DNA of 64,000 bases, taken from the IMG/VR virus record IMGVR_UViG_3300021197_001353. One strand, written 5' to 3'. The notes under the pieces were generated by a model, which saw nothing but the letters and a program-made list of their open reading frames with translations, was not told where the DNA came from and did no database searches. A program made the position numbers and the translations under genes. Below, piece after piece: positions 7,008-16,780 of this stretch. The DNA is from an uncultured virus (IMG/VR IMGVR_UViG_3300021197_001353). Its lineage: Duplodnaviria > Heunggongvirae > Uroviricota > Caudoviricetes. The first letter of the stretch is position 1; every line of letters begins with the position of its first letter.

Positions 7008-7338
7008 GGAAGTAAAAGACTACGCAAAAGAAGGAGCACCTAACGTAAGTGAAGAAGATTATGAAGAAAGACTAGGGACATGCGACGGATGTGAGTTCCT
7101 AAGGAAAGATGTAATGCGGTGTGGATCATGCGGATGTCTTGTAGAACACAAGGCAAAGTGGGCCACATCCAGCTGCCCAGAAGGATTCTGGAAGAAACAG
7201 ATGATAGGGCAGAATGGGACAAGCGTAACGTTGTCAACGAGGAATAAGAAGAAGAAGGAACGCATGGATAAGATCATAGAAAACCGTAAAAAAAGAAGAG
7301 ATGGAGCAGAAGGTGATAATACAGAAGCTAGCAACTAA
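6961..7338 (+). CDS. Cys-rich metal-binding protein
   Basis: RLGTCDGC...RCGSCGC...K......CP..W pattern with a basic tail. Confidence 0.75.
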   Translation: MKKKPSMLEMLKNFAKEVKDYAKEGAPNVSEEDYEERLGTCDGCEFLRKDVMRCGSCGCLVEHKAKWATSSCPEGFWKKQMIGQNGTSVTLSTRNKKKKERMDKIIENRKKRRDGAEGDNTEASN

Positions 7339-7501
7339 ATATGCGTTGCCTATCCATAAGGTTGAAGAAGCAGTGTACTATCAATTCAAATACACTGCAC
7401 GCATAATAAAGGATGGCGAGTTCCAATCAGTGAGGTTACCTTATCTTGGTAAGTTCCACGTCTTGCCTGGACGATTAAAACATCTAAATAATGTCAAGTA
7501 A
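7301..7501 (+). CDS. HU/IHF-like DNA-binding protein
   Basis: IIQKLATKY..., then GEFQSVRLPYLGKFHV, the HU beta-arm base signature. Confidence 0.7.
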   Translation: MEQKVIIQKLATKYALPIHKVEEAVYYQFKYTARIIKDGEFQSVRLPYLGKFHVLPGRLKHLNNVK

Positions 7502-7940
7502 CATCACTCAAACAAAACTGCTATACTTCAGAGACAGCTCTGGTAGCGAAGTATACTACCCATTATCGGATCTGAAAGGAATCAAGAATGACTTCTCCAC
7601 TAACTACTACGTAGAGTTCTGGTTCCATTCTATGAAGAACGATGGGATGACTAAGCATGCCTATGAGGGTACAGATGACGGTGCAGACTTTGTCAGGCTA
7701 CGGTTTAACAATCGTGACGTTATATACGGATCAATATTGTATTTCTGGCAAAAGGTGTATACAGCGAAAGACATTGTATTCAAAGTAGCGGATGCAGTTG
7801 ACAACGGCAATGGATTCTTCAAGTCTGCTGCGTTTGGGGAGACCTACAACCGATTCTTGGTTGGGCACTCAACAAATACAGATGCAACCGCACCAGATCT
7901 CGCAGACGCTTGTGTAATCAACCTTCAGCCTGAGTCGTGA
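7491..7940 (+). CDS. Hypothetical protein
   Basis: 149 aa; overlaps neighbours. Confidence 0.7.
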   Translation: MSSNITQTKLLYFRDSSGSEVYYPLSDLKGIKNDFSTNYYVEFWFHSMKNDGMTKHAYEGTDDGADFVRLRFNNRDVIYGSILYFWQKVYTAKDIVFKVADAVDNGNGFFKSAAFGETYNRFLVGHSTNTDATAPDLADACVINLQPES

Positions 7941-8434
7941 GGGATTTGATAACTGTCAGTAAGAATGTAGTTGTCCCAAGCGCGTACGCACTTACCATCA
8001 ACGAATTCAAGAGTCTGAAACCCAGCGAATTGAGCGCGATATACTTCTATACGGACCACCGCTCCCCCTACGCTGTGTATGAGGAACAAGAACGAATGGG
8101 TAAGATTGGACAAGACCTTAAGGTTAAGTTTACTCCCAAGGTTATGGGGGCAGTTGACAAGTATAAGGAACTGTCAGAAACATCAGCTATCAAACTGTTA
8201 AAATCTGCACGCAGTTCGGTAGCTAAGTTGGAAAGATACTTTGAGACCATAAACCTAAACGTACTTGACGACCACGGCAAGCCTATATATCACGCCAAGG
8301 ATCTAATAATGAACCTATCTAACATGGGTAAAGTGCTGAATGGGCTAGAAGAACTCGAGGAAATCGTAAAGAAGCATCAACAGAAGGACAACCCCAATAG
8401 GGGTGGCGTAGTAACCAACAAATACTCTTACTGA
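7937..8434 (+). CDS. Conserved crAss-like protein, possible terminase small subunit
   Basis: Helical 165-aa protein upstream of TerL; GTG start; C-terminal coiled coil then RGG. The TerS call is positional only. Confidence 0.5.
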   Translation: MRDLITVSKNVVVPSAYALTINEFKSLKPSELSAIYFYTDHRSPYAVYEEQERMGKIGQDLKVKFTPKVMGAVDKYKELSETSAIKLLKSARSSVAKLERYFETINLNVLDDHGKPIYHAKDLIMNLSNMGKVLNGLEELEEIVKKHQQKDNPNRGGVVTNKYSY

Positions 8435-8859
8435 TGGAATTAAACTATAAGAGGAAATATCTGATCGTAGGACCCTGGCCTAGAAACAGAAAGATAGTCA
8501 GGGATATACTAAGTAAGAACACCAATCTAGTCGTATCTCCTAGAAAACTCAGGCCTGTACAGCTTGCTCACTCAGATGTAGAGGTAGCTATAGGGGATGG
8601 TACCATGTCGTTTAACAATAGCCAGATATCCGTAAAAGACGGAGAAAACGACGTTAATGCCATGCGCAAATACAATATCCGTTTGATATACGTGTCTTCA
8701 TATAAATCCAGAGAGTCTCATATCCTCATAAGAGCTCATATAGAGCATTATAAAGACCTTGTTGAAGTCACACTACCAGAACCTATGTTTGAGAGGGAAG
8801 GAGCGGGTGCAGAAAGCAAGCTATTGACGATTTTCAAGGATAGATGGAATCATGTTTAA
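8434..8859 (+). CDS. Hypothetical protein
   Basis: 141 aa; TGATG coupling to the upstream ORF. Confidence 0.65.
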   Translation: MELNYKRKYLIVGPWPRNRKIVRDILSKNTNLVVSPRKLRPVQLAHSDVEVAIGDGTMSFNNSQISVKDGENDVNAMRKYNIRLIYVSSYKSRESHILIRAHIEHYKDLVEVTLPEPMFEREGAGAESKLLTIFKDRWNHV

Positions 8860-10804
8860 AAACAGCCACAAATATTCACCGGCTGCAAATCACTATCTAG
8901 AAAGAGGGTTTTATACTGATGCCATACCAGGTACTAGAGAATACTACGATCATTGGGATGAACAAAAACGAAGATGCTTAGAAGGGTACGAGGGATTAAC
9001 GGGTTATCACTATTTCTATCTCAATTACTGCCCAATAGACCGGGTAGTGGACGACATCATGGCAGATGGTACCAAGATCGCAAGAAGAGAAAGAACATTT
9101 CCTGCCTTCTACGACGGAGACCACGAGTACTTCACTGCGGTAGACGAGTGCAGAAAAACAAATAAGCATATGGTCGTGCTAAAAGCACGCCGTAAGGGAT
9201 TCTCATACAAAGCAGGGGCTATGCTGGCAAGGAACTACTTCCTAATGCGCAACAGCAAGAACTACGTGTTCGCCTCACAGAAAGAATACCTAATAGGTGA
9301 CGGCTTGCTGTCCAAGGCTTGGGATTTCCTGTCTTTTATAGACGATAATACAGCGTGGACCCAACCTCGCCTGCGTGACAGGGAGATGCACAAGCAGTCT
9401 GGGTATAAAAAGAATGTAAACGGAGCTGATGTAGAGCTGGGTATGAAATCCCAGATTATTGGCGTATCTTTAAAAGATAACCCAGACAAAGTCCGTGGTA
9501 AAGCGGGTGATCTCATATTCTTTGAGGAAGCAGGTTCATTCTCCGGGCTATTAAAGGCTTGGGAGGTAGCTATGCCAACAATGAGACAGGGATCAAAAAC
9601 CCTGGGTACAATGATAGCATTTGGAACAGGTGGAGAAGAAGGAAGCGGGTTTGACGGGATGGAAGAACTATTCTATCACCCAGACTCATACGACTGCATG
9701 GCATTCGACAACGTATGGGATGCCGGGGCCATGGGTACCCAGTGCGGATACTTTGTACCAATTCAACAAAACCTAGACGGCTTCATAGATGAAGACGGAA
9801 ACTCACTAAAACAACAAGCTAAAGAACATGAAGAACAGCAACGCGAAAAAAAGAAAGGGGCCAACGACCCAAAAGCGCTCGACCAATACACGGCAGAACA
9901 CCCGTTCACGCCGCAGGAAGCAACCCTCCAAGTCACAGCCAACCTCTTTGATGTTACGTCTCTTAAAGAGCAGTACAACAAAATTAAAACTCATGGTCTC
10001 GAAAGTGAAGGCACTTCTGGGATAATGTATTACGACAAGGAAGGTAAGTCAAAGTTTAGACCTTCCGCAGATGTATCAGCAGTTTACAAATTCCCACACA
10101 GAAAGGGGGACAAAACCGAAGGGGCAGTTGTAGTATACCAAGCTCCGCACCTCACAAAAGAGGGGGAGGTGCCACACAACCTGTATTTAATATGCCATGA
10201 CCCCTACGCGCAATCTAAGTCTACAAGCAATGAATCGCTTGGAGCGGCCTATGTAATAAAGAGACCTAATAACCTGTCCAAGCCGGACGATATAATAGTA
10301 GCTAGCTATGTTGGGAGACCACGAACGCAAGATGAATACAACCGCAATCTATTTATGCTCGCGGAGTATTATAACGCAAAAATCGGATTCGAAAACGACC
10401 GTGGGGAGCTTATTGCTTACGCGAAGAGATATCGCAAACTGCATAAGCTACAGGAAGAGTTTGAAATGCTGGACAAGAGGGAACTCAGATCTAGGAATGT
10501 AAAGCGTCAGTACGGAATGCATATGACAGAGCAACGTAAAAGACAGGGAGAGTTGTATATTAGAGACTGGTTGATAACTCCTAGGCACACTGACGAGGAA
10601 GGCAATGTGACATTGAATCTGCATAAGATCTATGATCCAGCCCTCCTCCAGGAGTTCATCAAGTTTAATCACAAAGGAAACTTCGACCGTGTGATGGCTT
10701 TTATGGTGGGCATGTACCACACACGAGAGTTATATAATAGAGAAGTAGTAGAAATAGTAAACGACAGGTCAACCGATAACTGGTTTGACCGACTTTATAA
10801 GTAA
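8852..10804 (+). CDS. terL: Terminase large subunit
   Basis: TGYHYFYLNY; Walker A LKARRKGFSY; Walker B LIFFEEAG; FGTGG; nuclease motifs CHDPY and GNFDRVMA. Typical of crAss-like TerL. Confidence 0.95.
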   Translation: MFKNSHKYSPAANHYLERGFYTDAIPGTREYYDHWDEQKRRCLEGYEGLTGYHYFYLNYCPIDRVVDDIMADGTKIARRERTFPAFYDGDHEYFTAVDECRKTNKHMVVLKARRKGFSYKAGAMLARNYFLMRNSKNYVFASQKEYLIGDGLLSKAWDFLSFIDDNTAWTQPRLRDREMHKQSGYKKNVNGADVELGMKSQIIGVSLKDNPDKVRGKAGDLIFFEEAGSFSGLLKAWEVAMPTMRQGSKTLGTMIAFGTGGEEGSGFDGMEELFYHPDSYDCMAFDNVWDAGAMGTQCGYFVPIQQNLDGFIDEDGNSLKQQAKEHEEQQREKKKGANDPKALDQYTAEHPFTPQEATLQVTANLFDVTSLKEQYNKIKTHGLESEGTSGIMYYDKEGKSKFRPSADVSAVYKFPHRKGDKTEGAVVVYQAPHLTKEGEVPHNLYLICHDPYAQSKSTSNESLGAAYVIKRPNNLSKPDDIIVASYVGRPRTQDEYNRNLFMLAEYYNAKIGFENDRGELIAYAKRYRKLHKLQEEFEMLDKRELRSRNVKRQYGMHMTEQRKRQGELYIRDWLITPRHTDEEGNVTLNLHKIYDPALLQEFIKFNHKGNFDRVMAFMVGMYHTRELYNREVVEIVNDRSTDNWFDRLYK

Positions 10805-10809
10805 TTTTG
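10802..10809 (+). promoter_or_regulatory. Possible -7 promoter element (TAATTTTG)
   Basis: TAnnTTTG 4 nt before the portal ATG; no well-spaced -33 element. Confidence 0.5.
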
Positions 10810-10813
10810 CGAG

Positions 10814-13027
10814 ATGTACGGTAGCTATAAAATACCGCAGCAAAGGCTGCCGCGTTCTAAGAAAACAACCAAGTGGGCAGAAGATTGCGTAAAAGCATTT
10901 GTTGACATGTCAAAGTTTGGATTGTCTGAACGACGATCTGATCTAACACAGTTGTACGAATACTACAATGGAGTTGTCAACGACGATGACTACAGCTACG
11001 TACTAAAGCCTTATGGAAAGTCACGATCTAACTTTCCCTCTAAGATGCGTAACTACCCAATCATCAAGCCTATCATTGACTTGTTGCTGGGAGAGAAAGC
11101 AAAGAGACCGCTCAACTACTCGGTCACAGTAAGTAACGCAGACTCCGTATCTCAAAAAGAAGAAGCTAAAAAGAAAGCATTGTTTACACAAGTGCAGAAG
11201 ATGTACTTGAATGAGTTTGCAAAGCAAACAGACTTCGACCTGCAGGAACAAGAATTAGAGCTGCCCAAGCAGATTATGGAGGAGTTTGAACGTACTTACG
11301 TAGACAACAGAGCCATCAAGGGACAAAGTGCCGTCAACTATATCATGCATCACCAAGAGATGTATGACAAGTTCCAGAAAGGATTCTTCCACTTCTTGGT
11401 TACGGGTGAGTCTTACTCCCACAAAGGAGTGCGCCGTGGTGAGCCGTTCTATGACATCATCAACCCACTTGATGTAGACTTTGACAAAGACCCAGACATA
11501 GAGTTTGTGGAAGACGGGGACTGGGCAATTATACGTAGGTACGCACACGCGTCTACAGTAGTAGATATCCTGGGAAACTACTTGACACCCGAACAGGTAC
11601 TGGAGCTTGAGAACCCTAGACAGGAATCAGCCGAAACATATCTATTGTCCCGATCAGAAATGGCCGGTGCGAATGAAAACATGTACCGCAACAGGATGAT
11701 GGAGGTTGTTACTGTGTACTGGAAGAGCCGTAAGCGTATAGGCTTCGTGACTTACAAAGACCCCAATACAGGCACAATTGAAGAGATGGAGGTAGAGGAC
11801 GGCTTCAGAATGCCCGCTGAAATGAAAGCACAAGGAGGCAAGTTGAAGTACGAGTGGGTAAACGAAGTATGGGAAGGCACACGAATCGATGGTAGATTCT
11901 TTGTCAAGATGTCCCCGATATCTAACCAGAGAACGTCACTAGACAATCCGTCACTGTGTAAGCTCCCAATCAACGGACGTCGTTACTCTGACATCAACTC
12001 AAAGAACATATCACTCGTGTCTTTGGGTATCCCGTTCCAATTGAACTACAACATATTCAAGTACCGCATGGAGCTGGCGATTGCGAGGTCTAAGGACATC
12101 ATCGCTCAGTTTGATATCAACATGATACCCAAGAAATGGGACATGGACAAGTTCATGTACTTCGTTGAGGGCACTGGTATTGCTTGGGTAGACTACAATA
12201 AAGAAGGTATACAACTCTCACCTCAACACCAGTCCGTGCTGGATATGTCCATCAAGACTATATCACAATACCTCCAGCTGCTGGAATCTATTATGATGGA
12301 GTGGGAGAAGATATCAGGTGTAAACAGACAACGCCAAGGCGGCATCGGTCCCTATGAAGGAAAAGCAACATCCCAACAAGCGATTGTTCAGTCATCGCAC
12401 ATTACTGAAGATCTTTTCCGCAAATTCTCACGATTTGAGCAAAGAGAACTCCAAGGCCTTTTGGATTACTCTAAGGAAGCTTGGCTTACAGGGAAAAAAG
12501 CGATGTACGTCATGCCCGACATGACCACAGAAATGATTGAGATAGACGCTATGCAGCACATGGAAAGTGAGTATGGCATATTTGTTTCTGATGCTGGACG
12601 CGACCAAGATAAATTAGAGCAAGCAAAAGCACTTTCTCAATCAATGATACAGAATGGGGTTCCGGCTTCAGCAGTCATGGATTTGTTTGACACAGAGAAC
12701 TATGCAGGGATTAAGGATAAGATTGCTTCTGCAGAACGAGCACAGAAAGCGTTGGAGGCAGAGCAACAGAAAGCTCAGCAGGCCGCTCAGATAGAGCAGC
12801 AGAAGACTCAGCAGATGCAGATACAGCAACAAGCTGTAGACAAAGAAAAGGATCGTCAGTTGGCTATCGAGATTGAACTTATCAAGGCGGAATCTAGAGA
12901 TACTGATAACCGTCTAGAGATAGACATGGCTAAGATGGCCAAGGACTTCGAGATTAAGGAGAGAGAGCTAGAGCTGAAGCAGCAAGCACTCAACAAGGAG
13001 GGAGATCTTACACCTGATGGCAAATGA
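10814..13027 (+). CDS. Portal protein
   Basis: Follows TerL; motifs PQQRLP, NYPIIKPIIDLLLGE, WVNEVWEGTRI, ISGVNRQRQG; C-terminal Q-rich coiled coil. Confidence 0.92.
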   Translation: MYGSYKIPQQRLPRSKKTTKWAEDCVKAFVDMSKFGLSERRSDLTQLYEYYNGVVNDDDYSYVLKPYGKSRSNFPSKMRNYPIIKPIIDLLLGEKAKRPLNYSVTVSNADSVSQKEEAKKKALFTQVQKMYLNEFAKQTDFDLQEQELELPKQIMEEFERTYVDNRAIKGQSAVNYIMHHQEMYDKFQKGFFHFLVTGESYSHKGVRRGEPFYDIINPLDVDFDKDPDIEFVEDGDWAIIRRYAHASTVVDILGNYLTPEQVLELENPRQESAETYLLSRSEMAGANENMYRNRMMEVVTVYWKSRKRIGFVTYKDPNTGTIEEMEVEDGFRMPAEMKAQGGKLKYEWVNEVWEGTRIDGRFFVKMSPISNQRTSLDNPSLCKLPINGRRYSDINSKNISLVSLGIPFQLNYNIFKYRMELAIARSKDIIAQFDINMIPKKWDMDKFMYFVEGTGIAWVDYNKEGIQLSPQHQSVLDMSIKTISQYLQLLESIMMEWEKISGVNRQRQGGIGPYEGKATSQQAIVQSSHITEDLFRKFSRFEQRELQGLLDYSKEAWLTGKKAMYVMPDMTTEMIEIDAMQHMESEYGIFVSDAGRDQDKLEQAKALSQSMIQNGVPASAVMDLFDTENYAGIKDKIASAERAQKALEAEQQKAQQAAQIEQQKTQQMQIQQQAVDKEKDRQLAIEIELIKAESRDTDNRLEIDMAKMAKDFEIKERELELKQQALNKEGDLTPDGK

Positions 13028-14025
13028 CAAATCAGGAACGTAGACAGCTACTGAGCAGGTTCCGCCAATCAGGTATGGAAGGGTCTATACTAGACGTCTT
13101 CCAAGCCGCTGAGCAAGGAAGAGACTTAATAGGAGAGTTTCAGCAACAGCAGGAAAGAGAACAACCTGTAGTAGCTTCAACTCCAGACGAACAAAGGGAA
13201 GGACTACGTCCCTACCATGCAGCCGGGGAAACGGATCGCTCTATGATTTTCAAAGACGTGCCTCCTAACACCCCATTCAACACGATGGGCATGAAGCGTC
13301 CCATCAATATAGAGAAGCGTGACCCAGAGACGGGACATCTTATAGAATCGCACAAGAGCGTTCCCCCCGGCATTCGCAACGTACCCACAGGACCGTACAG
13401 AGGAGATGTGATAGAAACACCAGCTGATGGCTACCAGGATGGGGGCTTTGTCTTCCAGAGGAGTATGCAGACTGGGGGCTTTACTGAAGGTGGAGAGTTA
13501 GACGAGTCACTGGACGCAGTGACAACTGAGCACTATCTAGCCAAGACTAGGGGCCAGACCCCTGAGTTCTGGAGAGCTACAACAGACACTCTTGCCTTCC
13601 ATGAGTCAGGACCACATCAACGCATGAGCCCAACAGCTGTACAAGACGAAGGAGGACCTGGTAGAGGCCTGTTGCAGTTTGAGCCAGAAGCCTTGAAGAC
13701 TGCACAAAAGAGACATGCTGTTGTAGCTAGAACAATGGGACTGCAGCCAGATCCAGAGATCATGCAGGCAACAAGTGCAGACCAACTATCTAAGGATCAA
13801 CAGTATACACTGTTCTACTCTGATATAATACAGAACGAAAACGTACCACTGAAGGACTACGCCAAAGGCAAGATGTCAATAGAAGACCTGTGGATAAAAG
13901 GCCACAAGAAGAAAGAGGCAGAAAGAGACAGAGGGTCTTTCCAAGAATCTCGGAAAGCCGCTAAAACCGGGCTAAAAGACTTTGGCCTGAAAATGGGCGG
14001 GGCAAGGCGGAGATGGAGCAAGTGA
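13024..14025 (+). CDS. Virion-associated protein with a lysozyme-like C-terminal domain
   Basis: LAFHES...GGPGRGLLQFE resembles the catalytic-Glu and GLLQ motifs of lysozyme/transglycosylase folds; several xxxGG motifs. Confidence 0.55.
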   Translation: MTNQERRQLLSRFRQSGMEGSILDVFQAAEQGRDLIGEFQQQQEREQPVVASTPDEQREGLRPYHAAGETDRSMIFKDVPPNTPFNTMGMKRPINIEKRDPETGHLIESHKSVPPGIRNVPTGPYRGDVIETPADGYQDGGFVFQRSMQTGGFTEGGELDESLDAVTTEHYLAKTRGQTPEFWRATTDTLAFHESGPHQRMSPTAVQDEGGPGRGLLQFEPEALKTAQKRHAVVARTMGLQPDPEIMQATSADQLSKDQQYTLFYSDIIQNENVPLKDYAKGKMSIEDLWIKGHKKKEAERDRGSFQESRKAAKTGLKDFGLKMGGARRRWSK

Positions 14026-14083
14026 TATATAGTAATAGCGACTATAGAAAATAATTTTACAGAAATACAAACCAAACCATTAA

Positions 14084-14091
14084 TATTTTTG
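14084..14091 (+). promoter_or_regulatory. -7 promoter element (TATTTTTG) upstream of the scaffold/capsid genes
   Basis: TAnnTTTG in an AT-rich spacer, 4 nt before ATG 14096. Confidence 0.55.
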
Positions 14092-14095
14092 CACA

Positions 14096-15226
14096 ATGTC
14101 AAACCCAAACAACAAATTAGACTTCAGCGCAATCTCATTCGACAATGTCGTAGGAGAGGGAGCAGAAGGACTGGAAACAGTAGAAGAGGTTCAGAACGCT
14201 GAACCGCTTGACGACGATATCGAAAAAGAGGTAGAGTCAGTCGATCAAGACCCAAGAGAATACGGAGACGAAGATCAGGAAGATTACGTTGACGAAGAGT
14301 ATGGTGAAGAGGAAGAAACCTCAGTCGAAGACGATTACGACAATGAGGAAGAATCAGAATCAGAACTAGACCTAGAAGACCTAACAATCTCTGACCAGAT
14401 ATCTGAAGTCTTGGGCGTTGAAATGGAGCATGAATACGCAGACACCGTAGAGGGTCTCACGAACTACGTAAGAGATGTATCAGAAGAAGTGGCTGAGTCA
14501 CAGATACAAGATCTCTTCCAAGAGTTTCCAGAAGTACAACGACACTTAGAGTACGTACTTGCTGGAGGAGACGAACAAGAGTTCTACGCTGCTAATAACC
14601 CATCGTCAGACTACAACAACATACAGATGTCTGAAGGAGATATTACACTACAGCGAGCTATGCTTGGTGAATATCTTAAGGAGATGGGCCACGGAGATGA
14701 TTTCATAATGGAAATGCTCAATGACTATGAAGACAACGGTAAGTTGTACAACAAAGCATTGACTGCCCAGGAAGAACTCGCCATAGCTCAAACGGAACAG
14801 CGAGAGCAGTTGTATCAACAACAGCTTGAGCTCAAAGAATCCGAAGAGGTAGAACAAGAAGAATTCTGGAACGGAGTTGCAGGAATCATCGATAGTGGTA
14901 ACGAATTTGGTGGTATCGTCATCCCAGACGTAGATAAGTCAGAGTTCTTTGACTATATCTCTTCTCCGGTGGATGAAGAAGGTAACACCCAACGTGATTT
15001 GGATTACGCTGAGGCAGACATGGACATTAAGTTGGCCCTTGACTACCTAATGTACAGCGGCTTCAATCTTAATGAGATCATAGATACTAAAGCACGTACA
15101 CAAAGCGTGCAGAATCTAAGAAATCGTATACAGACAAATGAAGACCGCGTCAAGAGTGCACATCGTAACCAAAGACGTACTAAGAAATTTGATCCAGATC
15201 AACTGGACATAAACGCGCTTTTTTAA
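14096..15226 (+). CDS. Acidic capsid scaffolding-like protein
   Basis: Very D/E-rich N-terminus and helical C-terminus; sits immediately upstream of the MCP gene. Confidence 0.7.
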   Translation: MSNPNNKLDFSAISFDNVVGEGAEGLETVEEVQNAEPLDDDIEKEVESVDQDPREYGDEDQEDYVDEEYGEEEETSVEDDYDNEEESESELDLEDLTISDQISEVLGVEMEHEYADTVEGLTNYVRDVSEEVAESQIQDLFQEFPEVQRHLEYVLAGGDEQEFYAANNPSSDYNNIQMSEGDITLQRAMLGEYLKEMGHGDDFIMEMLNDYEDNGKLYNKALTAQEELAIAQTEQREQLYQQQLELKESEEVEQEEFWNGVAGIIDSGNEFGGIVIPDVDKSEFFDYISSPVDEEGNTQRDLDYAEADMDIKLALDYLMYSGFNLNEIIDTKARTQSVQNLRNRIQTNEDRVKSAHRNQRRTKKFDPDQLDINALF

Positions 15227-15254
15227 ACAAGCAAAAACTTTTAAATAAACAATC

Positions 15255-16679
15255 ATGGCTTTGATGCAAGTACTTAAGTCGTACTATAACGACCAGCAGA
15301 TGACCGACACTAATTCGTTGGTCAATGCATTAATGGAGAAGCCCGAAGAGCTCTCTCCTATTATTACGCACTTGGCCGGACGTGAAGAAAAGAAATTTCC
15401 TCTTTCCTTCTTGTCTGAGGGGGTTGGAAACACGAGATCGATCGATAGATTCGAGTACGAGTACCGTGTCAAAACTCATGAAGTAAACGTCCGACCAGTG
15501 GTTTCCGCTAGTGGAACCGGTGCGGGTGGAGCAACGTTTACCGTTGTTTTCCCCGACAAGTGGTTCATTTTCCCTTACACCCTCGTATCTCAGAGTGGTG
15601 CTTTGGCTCGTATTATGGAAGAGCCCAAGCCTGTTTCTGGTGGATATGAATACACCCTTAAGTTGGTTAGCCCAGATCAAGGTGCTCTCGCATCTAGTGC
15701 TGGCGGTGACTTGGCAGCAGGTGCCCTCTTCGGCATGCTGTTTGCTAACGTCGGAATCGACTTCTCACGCGGAAACGCTTCTAACTGGAGCGCACCCGGG
15801 TTGGTGAGATCTAAGATCGGTACCGTACGTAAGTCTTACCACTTCTCTGGTAATGCTAAAGACTACGTTGCTGAGTTTACTCTCCCACTGAAAGAAGGCT
15901 CATCCACGAAGTTGTGGATGGACTACGAGGAGTACCGTCACATGCTCAAGTTTAAGGAAGAGTGTGAGATGTACTACTGGTACGGAAGCAAGACTTATGA
16001 TGACAAGGGTGCCAACAAAATGTTGGACGAGAACGGTCAGCCAGTTATCTCTGGACCTGGTTTGTTCGAGCAGATCATCAATAAGGACAGTTACTCTACC
16101 CTAACTCAGAATAAGATCGAGGAAGTCATTGGTGACTTGTTCTACGGCATGACTGATGCTACGGACAAGCAAGTGACATTGTTCACTGGTGTTGGTGGTG
16201 CACGTGAGTTCGATAAGGCTCTGCGTAACTACTACAACGGTAACCCATACCTCCAGACTACCGAGTCTAAGTTCATCACCGGTAGCGGTCGTAGTCTTGG
16301 AATCACTGGTTACTTCAACTCTTATGAGCACATTGATGGTCATAGGGTGAACGTAGTTAAGGTTCCTCTTTTCGATCACGGTCCTGTTGCTCAGGCTTCT
16401 AAGAAGCACCCTGAGTCTGGATTGCCGTTGGAGTCCTACAGAATGACATTCGTTGACCAATCTTCTTACGATGGAGAAAACAACCTCCAGATGATCAATA
16501 AGAAGGGTCGTGAAATGTTGCGCTGGTGTGTCGCTGGTTCAGTTGTGCCTAAGGGCTTCAATGAGACCGACACTCGCGCAAGTGATATAGACGGTGCTTC
16601 TGTGCACATGTTGAAGACAGCTGGTATCCTGCTCCGCAGATTCGATACTTCGCTCGACTTGACTTGCACTGCATCGTAA
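15255..16679 (+). CDS. Major capsid protein (crAss-like)
   Basis: 474 aa; MTDTNSL, GPGLFEQI, LFTGVGGAREFD, PLFDHG, PLESYRM motifs; strongly biased codon usage; position after portal and scaffold. Confidence 0.92.
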   Translation: MALMQVLKSYYNDQQMTDTNSLVNALMEKPEELSPIITHLAGREEKKFPLSFLSEGVGNTRSIDRFEYEYRVKTHEVNVRPVVSASGTGAGGATFTVVFPDKWFIFPYTLVSQSGALARIMEEPKPVSGGYEYTLKLVSPDQGALASSAGGDLAAGALFGMLFANVGIDFSRGNASNWSAPGLVRSKIGTVRKSYHFSGNAKDYVAEFTLPLKEGSSTKLWMDYEEYRHMLKFKEECEMYYWYGSKTYDDKGANKMLDENGQPVISGPGLFEQIINKDSYSTLTQNKIEEVIGDLFYGMTDATDKQVTLFTGVGGAREFDKALRNYYNGNPYLQTTESKFITGSGRSLGITGYFNSYEHIDGHRVNVVKVPLFDHGPVAQASKKHPESGLPLESYRMTFVDQSSYDGENNLQMINKKGREMLRWCVAGSVVPKGFNETDTRASDIDGASVHMLKTAGILLRRFDTSLDLTCTAS

Positions 16680-16699
16680 TTTGGTGTTTGGTTTGCAGA

Positions 16700-16727
16700 G
16701 GGGGGAGCTGAAATGTCGGCTCTCCCC
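16700..16727 (+). terminator. GC-rich hairpin after the MCP gene (weak U-tract)
   Basis: 12-bp stem GGGGGGAGCTGA/TCGGCTCTCCCC with an AATG loop, followed by GATTTG. Confidence 0.55.
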
Positions 16728-16780
16728 GATTTGCAAGTACACACCCCCCAATCTAGTTTATTCTTTCAACTAAAAAGAAC

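Noticed and set aside
8434..8859. P-loop/sulfotransferase-like start (YLIVGPWPRN)
   Set aside because: No GKS/T or RSGT motif; the evidence is too weak to assign a function.
8852..16679. Introns or inteins in terminase, portal or MCP
   Set aside because: The ORFs are continuous and of ordinary size, with no LAGLIDADG, HNH or intein terminal motifs seen.
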